Assembly: GCA_002189035.1 (NCBI GenBank) | Contig: NEEC01000026.1 | Location: 434,001 to 498,000 of the forward strand | Reading direction: 5' to 3' | DNA from: Utricularia gibba | Lineage: Eukaryota; Plantae; Magnoliophyta | DNA length: 64,000 bases | Part shown: in pieces, positions 1 through 11,421 of the stretch | Position numbering within the stretch: the first letter of the stretch is position 1 | How the letters are laid out: every line of letters starts with the position of its first letter | Translations under genes and position numbers: made by a program | Notes under the pieces: generated by a model | What the model saw: only the letters and a program-made list of their open reading frames with translations | Told to the model about the DNA's origin: nothing | Database searches by the model: none

Positions 1-891
<891 letters not shown>

Positions 892-1069
892 TCCTCAAGA
901 ATACGAACAGAAAAAATCAACGATCGCAGCAACAAAGAGCTGGGAATCGAACATGAATACAAGATTACTGCCGTAGGCTGAAACTGAGAGGAAACGTAAA
1001 CGCTGATCCTTGGTTTCGCAGGCTGGGTGCCTGTACTGTATAGTTCATTAATTAATATTTAATTGGACA

Positions 1070-1602
1070 TTTTGGGCCGCCGGGTTATATTTCGAGTTCG
1101 GACTCGGGTTGGATCCGAATTTCAGGTAATAGTGGTACGGGTCGGACTCGTACCCGTACGAATCGGACCCGCCGGATAAAAAATTCAGTGGCTGACTCGG
1201 CGGGTCAAACTCGTACGGGTAAAGTGCTTGACTCGACTCGTACCCACCCGGGTTGAAGTGTTCTTGGCTCGTCGATCCTTCACTTAACTCCCACATGAGC
1301 CCCAACAGGCCCCTAGGTTGCTTTCTGGAAAATATTTATGTTACTGACATAGAAGGACCCAGCCTTCTCCCCTCGGGTTTCCACCAGTACAATACAATGA
1401 TTCCCACCCAACAGTGGATGCCACACGGTGGACAACCAAGGAGAAGTAACTGCGTGCACTGGTACGGGTTGACGGGTCAACCCGTACCCGTCTATCTCGA
1501 CTCGCACCGTACCCATCTAGTGACGGGTACGAGTCACGGATTGACTCGTTACGAGTCAACCCGCGGGTCGGACGGGTTGACCCGGACTCGTACCCAGCTC
1601 TA
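1070..1602. mobile_element. Putative non-autonomous hAT-like MITE remnant in the ARFB/NDUFS6 divergent promoter
   Basis: Two clusters (about 1080-1255 and 1460-1602) of GACTCGTACCC/ACGGGT/ACCCG motifs in both orientations; the right end CAGCTCTA (reverse complement TAGAGCTG) resembles a hAT TIR. No left TIR or 8-bp TSD found. Confidence 0.55.
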
Positions 1603-1682
1603 GAATACTCAAGGCAGTTCAAATACCTCCTCATCCTCAACTTTGGCTTCCCTCTGGAATCTCACGCATTATTCAGCGAGCT

Positions 1683-2469
1683 ATGGCGGCATTTTGGAGA
1701 ACGGACGCCGTAAGGATGGGGTCTCACCTGATGAAAAACCTAACTCGATCCCCAAATTCTCGCAGCGTCAGCGGTATCGTTAACCGCGAAATCATTACGT
1801 CGCATACTGAGAAGTGGATGCAGGTATTCCGAATTTCTGATGTATGCTAGGTGGGTGGTTATTGTTATTGGGGCGGGTTTGCATCGAGAATCAGACGTGT
1901 ATACTAAATTTTGTGCAGCTTGTGCATGTTAGCCCCCAATTTAGTTACTGCTTAGGGTTCCTTGACTTCATAGATGCTTTATTCGTAATGTCGTGATGGT
2001 GAGTGATGAATCAATAGCTTGTTCTTTGAAGCAGCAATAAGCCATTGTTGTACTGGTGCACAGCCATTGACTACTGCTTTCATTTGAATAGCATAGCTTG
2101 TTCTTTGTGGGCGTTATGAGTTGATTTGGGTCTTTTAATATGTCTATTGTGATGCTTCAGACTCTCTGTCTAACCCAACGATGCAGGATTTTAGCAAAAA
2201 GTCTCCAATGGAACTGATCAGTGAAGTTCCACCAATAAAAGTACAAGGAAGGATTGTTGCCTGTGAAGGAGGTACTGTTTAATCTTTCCCCTACCCTTGT
2301 TTAACATAGATTTCTATTGAATCTAAAATCTACTACTCGAAGTTTCTTCCTTTCTCCAGATACGAACCCAGCACTAGGCCATCCAATTGAGTTCATATGT
2401 CTTGACAAGGCTGAACCTGCTGTATGCAAGTACTGTGGTTTACGATACGTGCAAGACCATCATCACTAG
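1683..2469 (+). CDS. NDUFS6: NADH dehydrogenase (complex I) 13-kDa subunit, NDUFS6-like, zf-CHCC
   Basis: Exons 1683-1823, 2187-2271 and 2360-2469: transit peptide...SHTEKWMQ|DFSKKSPMELISEVPPIKVQGRIVACEG|DTNPALGHPIEFICLDKAEPAVCKYCGLRYVQDHHH*. GT-AG junctions and phases are consistent. Confidence 0.95.
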
Positions 2470-2733
2470 ACTGATGCTCGGGTGAGTGTTGCATCGGGTG
2501 TCATCTTAATAAGGATTACGTTTGAGACATTTTCAGTGGACTTTGCCTCTTGACTTTGGCTGCAACCATGGTTGAGTCTGTAAAGGATTTGACTGTTCCA
2601 TGGATTTTATCTGTGCCTGTAACAAGAATACAGGAAAATGTTCCTTCTCCATAGAAGCAAATTTCCAAACCAAAAGTCTCCTACCTCTAGCAATGGAGCA
2701 TATATGATCAACATCTGAAGCCTCACCAGTTTC

Positions 2734-5700
2734 TCAGAATGATATCAAATCATCCTTGGTCGCCTGCTTTTTCTTTGCATCTGTTTCTGATGTGCCACCA
2801 GTCCGCATGCCGAAGATCATCTCATCGTTGTTATCACCCCCACGGCTTCTAGGTTGTCCGGTGGATGGCTTCCGGATTAGAGCTTCTTCTTGTGCCATTG
2901 GAGAGTCGTCGGGTTCAGCGGCTGCGGGAATCATAGCCAGCCGGCTGGGCCATCTTCTTACTGGCAGCACTAGGTCTCTTCATCTCCTCATATTTGGATA
3001 CAACTGTCTGGATTTCATCATTCACGTTTATCGCTTCAAAAAGCAGAGCGTCGTTATCTCCAGCTGCTTCTATGATTCTTTGAACTGTGCGCTGAGAATT
3101 CCGACACTGTTAGTCAAGTCATCATCCTGCAGAAAACAATCAAAATCTTCAGCTTCCAATTCGGCTACTGCTCTATGTATGATGCAGCAGAACATTCCCA
3201 TTCCCATCAAACTCCAGACTGATGTTATGATGGCTGATGGGGCATCGGCAATATGCTGTGATTATAGTACCTGCAGAGCATCTTGCTGCGGAGGAGAGGA
3301 AAGCAGAGTGTTGAGAAGCTCCACACTGTTTCTTGCAACATCGAATGCTTCCTTCCTTTGAAAATGAAGTTGCTCCCCGACAGTCGACTCCGTTTCTGCT
3401 ACTGATGTTGGCGGGGTGAAGATAGGAGCCAGGCTCTCGTTGTCACGACCAGGAAGCCGTACCCCCCTCCATCTCAGACTCTGCAGAAACGAAAAGCATT
3501 CAAGCATCTCAAAACCCGCTCCGCTGTAAAGTGACGCAAGTACCTTGTAGGTCTCTTCAAAAACAGGCAGGTACCTTGTTCCGGCTGTTGACCACAGTCT
3601 GGGGATCCTCAATCATCCTAACCATCTCATCCATAACCCTTTCGGCTGCAACCTCCGAGAAGGCCTTCTCACAATTTTTCACCACAGTTTCGAGCAACAG
3701 AAGAGCCAAGTACTGAACTCTAGGGTTCTTCCAAGCAATCCTCTCTCTTTATCCCCCTGATGAACTCCAGGTTGCTGATTCTTTTATGGTCCACCATATC
3801 ACAGAGGTGAAGATTGGCACCCCAGTCGAGTTCATCCAGCGTCTCCGATGTGGCTTCCTCAACAAGCTTGTCCGTCTGATTCCAGCTTTGAAGAGCTCCT
3901 TCACTTTGACGCTGATGGAGCTGGTGTTGAAGAGTACACTTGAACCGGTCCTTATGCTAACGAGGAGTTGTGGTTGAAGATGGATAAGAATAGGTAGTTG
4001 TGTTGCTTTGTTTAAAAAAGATGTGTGTTGTTTACAATTAGCAGAGTGAGTAATTAATCATGAAAAGGCTTGTTCTTCGAGCGCAATCGCCCTGTTTTCA
4101 TTCTAGTTTCTTTAGCTTTTCCAATTCATTCCAACAAAGTGGTATCAAAGCCTTAAGTTCCTATGGCTAACACACCATCTCTTCCTGTCCCTGCACTGAT
4201 GAAAGAAAATTATGCTAATGCAGCATAACAGAGTCATTACAAAAAAATTCCGAAGGAGTTCTAGGCTGATGCAGCGAGCATGGCAGTGTACCTGCTTAAC
4301 AGAGTCATTACAAAAAATTTGCAACAAATGACTCCACAGGAAGCTTGGAGTGGGATAAAACCAAATGTTTCTCATTTGAATATTTTTGGTAGCCTTGCTT
4401 ATATGCACATTTCTGATGAGAAACGTGGCAAGCTAGATGAAAAGAGCAAGAAATTGATTTTTCTAGGTTATGATTCACGCTCAAAAGGCTACGAATTGTT
4501 TGATCCTGAGAAGGGAGAAGTTCACTTCAGTTCTGATGTTATGTTTGATGAGACTGGTAGTTGGGATTGGAACCACCAGAATGTATCTCACCGTTATACG
4601 TTTTATGATGACTTTGATGCTGTAGATGAAACTAGTGCTCCTGATCATGACAACTCAGCATCTATTTCTTCATTGGCTGATGGACAGCAAAGTCCTGATG
4701 TAATGTCAAGCTCTCCTAGTGCTGGCCCATGAGGGACCAGATCCCTTTCAGACATTTATCAGCAGTCCTACTCCATGGTTGTAGATATTGATTTTTCTAA
4801 CTACTGTTTTTACTTAAATGATGCTCCCACAAGCTACGAGGAAGCTATCAAGTTAACCATGTGGCGGAAGGCCATGGATGAAGAAATCCTCTCCATTCAG
4901 AAAAAAAAAAAAGACTTGGATGTTGGATTATCTTCCTCCATCTCATGATGCTATTGGTTTTAAGTGGATATTTAAAATAAAGAAGACTGCTGGTGGAGAG
5001 GTGGAAAGGTACAAGGCCAGGTTAGTGGCCAAAGGATATAAAAAAAAGAGGGAGTTGATTATGATGAAGTTTTTGCACCGGTTGCTCATATGGAGATGGT
5101 AAGATTGCTAATTGCCCTTGCTGTCCATCATGGTTGGAAGATATTTCAACTTGATGTCAAAACTACCTTCTTGAATGGCATTTTGGAGGAGGAGGTTTAC
5201 CTCGAACAACCACCTGGGTATGTGGTGGAAGGAGTTGAAACTAAGGTTCTATGTCCGCAAAAAGCCTTATATGGCTTGAAGCAAGCTCCAAGAGCTTGGA
5301 ATGCACGGATTGATGGTTATTTTCAGAAAATGGGGTTCCTCTGTTTCCCTCATGAGCATGCCCTATATGTTTGAACCATAGAGTCTGGTAAGCTGCTCAT
5401 TGTATGTCTCTATGTTGATGACTTAATTGTCACTGGATCATATGCTGAAGGTGCAGAAAACTTTAAGAATGCTACGCAGAAAGAGTTTGAGATGAAAAAT
5501 TTAGGCCTCATGTCATTTTATCTTGGCCTTGAAGTAAAGCAAAAAAATGCAGGCATATTCCTTTCTCAATCACAGTTTGCTAAAGACATTCTGAAGAAAT
5601 TTAAGATGCTTGAAAGCAATAGTGTTGCGACACCTGTTGAATCTTGCCTTAAGCTTTTTTCTGATAATGCCTTTGTTGAATCAGTAGATGCCTCAAATTA

Positions 5701-6690
5701 CAGGAGTTTAGTTGGAAGCTTAAGGTACCTCACGAGTACTAGGCCTGACATACTCTTTGGAGTTGGGTTAGTCTGCAGGTTTATGGAAAAGCCAACTCAA
5801 ACTCATATGAAGGCTGCAAAAAGAATTCTGCGTTATGTTAGAGGCACTATTGATCATGGCATCTGGTATATGAGGTCTTGAAATCTTGAATTACATGGCT
5901 TCAGTGATAGTGACTGGGCAGGGAATAAAGATGACTCAAGGAGCACAACTGGGTTTGTATTCTTCATGGGAAATTCAGCGTTTGCGTGGACTTCAAAAAA
6001 GCAGCCCATTGTGACTCTCTCTACGTGTGAGGCTGAGTATGTGGCAGCCAATGCTTGTGTCTGCCATGGTGTCTAGCTCAAGCTTCTACTTGCAGGAATT
6101 GGATATATGCAATCTACGCCAACGAAGATATATGTTGACAACAAATCTGCGATATCTTTAGGGAAGAACCCAGTGATGCATGAGCGAAGTAAACACATTG
6201 AGACCAGGTTTCACTTTATTCGGGAGTGCATCAAAGACAAGAAAATTGAGTTGCTATTTGTTAAAGGTGGCGATCAGATCGCAAATATCTTCACCAAGCC
6301 GCTGAAGCTGAGTAGGTTCTCTCAACTGCATCATCTGTTGGGTTTACGAAGTGGTTCAAGTTTAAGGGAGGCTGTTGAAGAGTACACTTGAACCGGTCCT
6401 TATGCTAACGAGGAGTTGCGATTGAAGATGGAAACTGCTTGTGCTGAGCAGTTTTAGTTAGTTTCTTAGTGTCAGTTTTTATAGATAAGAATAGGTAGTT
6501 GTATTGCTTTATTTAAAAAGGGTGTGTTGTTTACATTTAGCAGAGTGAGTAATTAATCAGGAAAAGGCTTGTTCTTCGAGCACAATTGCCCTGTTTTCAT
6601 TCTGGTTTCTTCAGCTTTTCCGATTCATTCCAACAGCTGGCACTGGCAATAATCTTTTGCCCCACCTCCGAGCTCTTCAACCGCTCAACT
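2734..6690 (-). pseudogene. TOL1: TOM1-like (TOL1; VHS+GAT) pseudogene interrupted by a Copia element and lacking its 5' end
   Basis: The minus strand encodes VERLKSSEVGQKIIASAS (6690-6636), continuing after the insertion as SISVKVKELF..DKLVEEATSETLDELDWGANL..NPRVQYLALLLLETVVKNCEKAFSEVAAERVMDEMV..YLPVFEETYK|SLRWRGVRLPGRDNESLAPIFTP..KEAFDVARNSVELL..KDDLISF*. There are several frameshifts and short deletions, and no ATG. Confidence 0.9.
3925..6635 (+). mobile_element. Internally deleted Ty1/Copia LTR retrotransposon
   Basis: 5' LTR 3925-4136 and 3' LTR 6373-6635 (TG..CA); TSD GCTGG at 3920-3924 and 6636-6640; PBS TGGTATCAAAGC at about 4140; PPT before 6373; integrase C-terminus, RT (LLIVCLYVDD-like) and RNase H (SKHIETRFHFIRE) fragments with stops. 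Confidence 0.95.
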
Positions 6691-6691
6691 T

Positions 6692-8700
6692 AAGTGGCTA
6701 TGACTTGTATTGGATGGAAGAGGATAAATGGTAAAAGTTATATTGTTTTAACTGCATCTTGGATTGACTCTTCTTGATGAATGCAGAAAAGAATTCTAGG
6801 TTTCAGGCCTTGGGATTTTTATCATACTGGAACACAAATTACTGAGTGTTTTTCTGATATATGTGTTGCCTATGGTATCCGTGAACATGTTTTCAATATT
6901 ACACTTCATAATGCTTCAAATAATGTTACTACTATTTTTGCTTTGAAGTCTTCTATGAATCTTGTATTAGGTGGTTATTTTCTTCATTCTAGGTATATTT
7001 GTCTTATTCTTAATTTTTGTATTCAAGATGCATTGCATATTATAGAGATTGATGATGCTTTAGCTTCTATTCGTAAATTAGTGTGTATTTTAAAAACTTC
7101 AAGTGTCAAGAGAGCTACTTTCAAATGTTATTGTGAACTTAAAGATGTACCATTTAGAACTCATTTAGAACTTTGAAATGTGATTTACCTGTTAAATGGA
7201 ATTCAACCTTGAAAATGCTTCAATTTGTGCTTCCTTATAAGCTTGTTATTGATCTATTTTTAACTATGGATAGTGACATTCAAATAGACTCTTCCGTTTT
7301 TACCATACTTGATGCTTTAGTTGATTTTCTTTAGGTTTTTCATTGATATATCGTGCTGTTTAGTGGGGGTTTACTACCCCATAACTTATTTGGTATTACC
7401 TACATTGATTAATGTGTCTTTGTTGTTTAAAAAGTCTTCTAATATCGAGTTGTTTAAAGAAGTTATTAATGCAATGAGTGTGAAGTTTATTAAATACTAT
7501 GAATGCATTCCTACTTTGTTTATTGTGACTACTATTCTTGATTCTAGAGTGAAAGTTAGTGGATTTCAAATTGGTTTGAATGTTGCGAAGTTCGTCCAGA
7601 ATTTTTGATTCCTTGTGCGAGTTTGTTTGATCAAAGAAGAAGAACGACGCAAGATTTTTAACGTGGAAACCCAAATCGGTAAAACCACGGGTGCTAATCA
7701 CACCAGATTCAGAAACCCTCCACTAATTAACGAGTTTCTGCACGGAGCAAGAACAGCTCCCAAGAACAGGCTCAACCGGCCAAATTTTCTCTCAACAAGA
7801 GAATGAGACGACTCTGCACTGATAGTCGCCTGAATGAATTATCACTTCTTCGCCTTCCTCGATTTTCAATCGAAGGTACGCCTAGATGAAGAATCACTGA
7901 CTGTTGAGCAAGAATTGCTCGCCCCAGAGGTCGCAAGACTCCTCTCTGTTTTTCTGCGATGAAGATGAAAACTGAACTAACGGTCACAATTACTCGATCC
8001 TTTTATAGCCTCCGGCGCTTGGGCTTCTATCTGAGAGACGGAAGGTTGGACTTTGGGCTTGGCTTTGTCAATTCATGCCCAGTTATTCTTCCAGCCCAAC
8101 ATTGAAGGTTTTTTATAATTATTATCAATCTCGTTAATATACCTGGTGTGTGTCTTAATGCTAACTCCATGTATGATAATGCTATAAAAGCACTTAGGTA
8201 TCTATATGAATTGTATGAAGTGGAGAATGGTGCTGCTAGATCTTCTAAACAAGTGGAGGATACTGAAGGGAATTCTACTACCACAAATGATTATTGGTCA
8301 ATGGTGATAGTTTTTGTTTTCACTTCTACAACTAATAAAACAAGTGAAGTGGCTCTGTATAATGCGATGCATCAATTAGCCAGATAGTAGGGAGATAACT
8401 TTGATATCTTGGATTAGTGGAAAGTTCAAGCATCTCTTTATCTGACCTTAGCTTTGGTTGTCAAAGATATCCTCACACCTATTGCTTTCATTGTGGCTTT
8501 TGAAAATGACTTTAGTTTAAGTGGTCGGGTTATTTCATCAAAAAAATCAAATTTGGCACCTAAAATATTAGAGTCTTGCATTTGCTTAAAAAATTGGTTA
8601 GCTGCAGATCAAAAGTTAGAAGTTGTGTTGATAAATCTACAGCTTTTGTTTTGTGTGTTTTTATCCTCATTTTTATTATTATTGGTTGCAAGATTTTGTT
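6692..8700 (+). mobile_element. Degenerate hAT transposase remnant (RICESLEEPER-like)
   Basis: SYIVLTASWID..MQKRILGF..HTG..NITLHNASNN, a DUF4413-like YYP..ILDSRVK segment, and the dimerization domain KDILTPI..FSLSGRVIS..LAPKILESCICLKNWL; many stops. Confidence 0.85.
7581..8101 (-). mobile_element. Solo LTR (Copia-like) nested in the hAT remnant
   Basis: TGTTG...CAACA ends; TSD TTGAA at 7576-7580 and 8102-8106; TATA (ggctataaaa) on the minus strand. Confidence 0.85.
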
Positions 8701-9350
8701 GAAATTGAAGATGATGAAAAATTTTCCTCTACATTCAAAGCAAACTAATTTTTTTACTTATGTTTATTGTTTCTGGTTAGATTGCATCATCAAAAATTTT
8801 TTTTTATTGTTTTCTTTAATGAAAATCCCATCTTCCATATAAAGATTAAACATATTGAGGTATATTATCATTCTATTCAATAGAAAGTTTTGTAGGGAGA
8901 GATTGACATGAAACTAATTGCAATTAACAATTAAATAACATACATATTCACCAAACGACTCACAACAAGTTTCAAGAGATGTGAGAACAACTTGGAACAG
9001 TCCATAAATCATTAATTCTAGAGAGTCAACATTGACGGTGATGATAAGATACCAACATTGAAGAAGTAAAATCCAATCCAATTAAGAAAGAAGATAAAAT
9101 ATTTTTGAAGATGGTGACAAACTTTATTTCAAGAAAAATCTTGAAAAAAGGTAAAATAGTAAAAAAAAACAATCTAAAAATAACTAATATAAAATTATCT
9201 AAAATATTCCATATTGTAATATAAATAAAATAACAAGTATTTGAAAGTTGTGTGAAATTGTAAACATCTTTTTCAGATGTTAATAAAATCTCTTCTTCAA
9301 ATGTTTGTTCTATAATCTACAGAAAATGGTAGCAGTAGCTGCAGCACCAA

Positions 9351-11095
9351 TCAGGCACTCAGCCACAGGGTAACAACTGAAGATAGCTTATACTTGCGCA
9401 CTTTGGATGAACTCTGTGGCTGGAAAAGTACCTCTGTGTTGGATCTAACAGTGGCTGCTTCCAGTTCCGAAGACGATTCCACACGATAATCGCGAGGAGT
9501 GTAGAGTACTCGGAGAGTCGAATTTGCTGCACACACGACATGCTTCAAAATCAGACGAGTGTACCCCATTGTTGATCAAAGGAGAAGGGAAGTGGAGGAA
9601 GAAGTACCTAGGCCGAACATGCTTATCTTCTCAACGCTCAGTTTACTCACTTTTGATCTCTTTATCTTCCTCAAGCTGCGAAGGTCTTCTTGCTTTCCTT
9701 TGAATTCCAGGAATTCTCCGAGGACATATCTCTTGCCACTGAGCTCTAGCCGATCAGAGGCTGGTGCGGTGCTGAGGATGGACTTGAGTTGCTCGTAAAA
9801 TGACTCCGGCAATTTGTCCTTCCCATCCTGAAGCATACCTTTAATCCAACCCGAGTATGATGAATGTTTTTGCTGGGGTTTCAGCTTTGCCCATTGATCA
9901 TAGGTCATGACATCGGGTGGAAACGAATCTGGATCGATGGCACTGCAAGAAATGGATTGAATCACGTGCACAAAAAGATTACTCTCTGAGGATGCAAGCA
10001 AAGCAATTTAAATAAGCACGCAGCCATAAGATGCATCATGAAAAGGCAGAAAACAGTGGACAGCCATTGATGCTTCCAAATCACAAGAAGAGTACACCAT
10101 GGAGAATTACTGAATTTCATAAAGTTGAGCAGAGAAATAAGAAAGTAAGCATACCGAAAACCAGGGTTTGGGCATATGACTTTGCAAGAAAGAAAACCTT
10201 CCGGAAGTGTGACCCCTCTTTTTTCAAGATACTCTTCGAGGATAGGAACCAGCCTTTTGGTTTCAGCTACCTACATCACATGGGCAACTCAAAACTGAGG
10301 CTTTGATGCCAGAAATGCAAGCTTCGACCCATGCACAAAAACATTTAGTAACAAATGATGCATTCATCAGATAGTATATATGAGCACACAGGTTTTGAAA
10401 AACTTACAGGATCTGTGACACACTCCGTTTTTCCATGGCTTACATCTGTGCATACCCAGCTTCCATCCTTATCAATAGAAATAAATCCAGACACATTCTT
10501 CACAGAAATAACTGCAGCCTCCCTACAAAAGTGAATGCGAAGACACAGACTGATGATCAAGTTTCACAAGCCACCTTCGGTCACAACTCGGACAAAAAAT
10601 AAAGAGCGATCTTCCTACTAACATGGACATACAAAAATGGGTTTCACTCTTGAACCATTCAGTACAGTTCAGCCTCACAATCAGATGTGAAGGAAATTGG
10701 AAAAAAAGTAATAGTATAAGCAATCCACAAAGGAAAAGAAGTGGAGAATTTACTGATTAGTAACAAGAACAAGATCAATATTCTGGCGAGAAGCGGAATC
10801 AGAGTCTGGAATTTGAACCCCAACATAGACTTTGCTTCCACGGTATAGCTTTTCCAGCCTGCACAAATCAATAAGCGAAAAAATATCACAAAACCCACAA
10901 GAGAAAATGAGCGGAGCATCCTAATTTCTGATCATCTGTCAAACCGATAGAAATAGTAGCGGAGAACCTGTTGGCTACGGCGAAAAGGGCGTTGAAGTGG
11001 GAAGAATCCAGATCGAGTAAGGTGTCATCTTCGTAGAAGAAGCGCGTCACGAGGTAATAGAGGGCGAGACCGAAAACCAGCGCTAACCAGATCAT
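9351..11095 (-). CDS. Uncharacterised NERD-domain protein with an N-terminal membrane anchor (At1g65020-like), 324 aa
   Basis: Six exons (11095-10968, 10858-10754, 10522-10408, 10270-10155, 9942-9608, 9526-9351) join in frame: MIWLALVFGLALYYL..RLEKLYRGSKVYVGVQIPD..QNIDLVLVT..VISVKNVSG..GEFLEFKGKQED..KLSSVVTLWLSA*. Confidence 0.88.
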
Positions 11096-11421
11096 CGCAT
11101 CGCCTTCTTCTGATCAACAGTACAGAGGTCAGTGGGAAATCAAAGACGTTATTATAAATTTATACCGGACTGGGGCTCTCTAGTGATTAGTCTAGTCCTC
11201 GTCCTCCCCTCTATTTAAAGCCCACGCCATATGCCTAGCTTCTGACTCTCAAGGAATATACAACTTATTTTGCTCTCTGTGACGACGTCTTGTACACGAA
11301 TTCAGAAACATAATCACCCACCATTATTTCAGATCTGCTTCTTCGATCACAGCGTCCCTGCCGATTCATACATTCTTAGTGGGTTTTCATGGGGGATTGA
11401 TTCTTAGTTGTCGCCGAAATC

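Noticed and set aside
1048-1640. Overlapping 67-116 aa ORFs in the promoter
   Set aside because: They arise from the repetitive GC-rich MITE-like motifs and have no recognisable domain.
6781-8702. Domesticated SLEEPER-type hAT gene
   Set aside because: Multiple stops and frameshifts, a missing 5' end and a solo LTR insertion show it is a dead transposon.
9527-9607. Apparent insertion and stop in the NERD gene's last coding region
   Set aside because: It is a normal 81-bp GT-AG intron; splicing restores GLANSTLRVLY.
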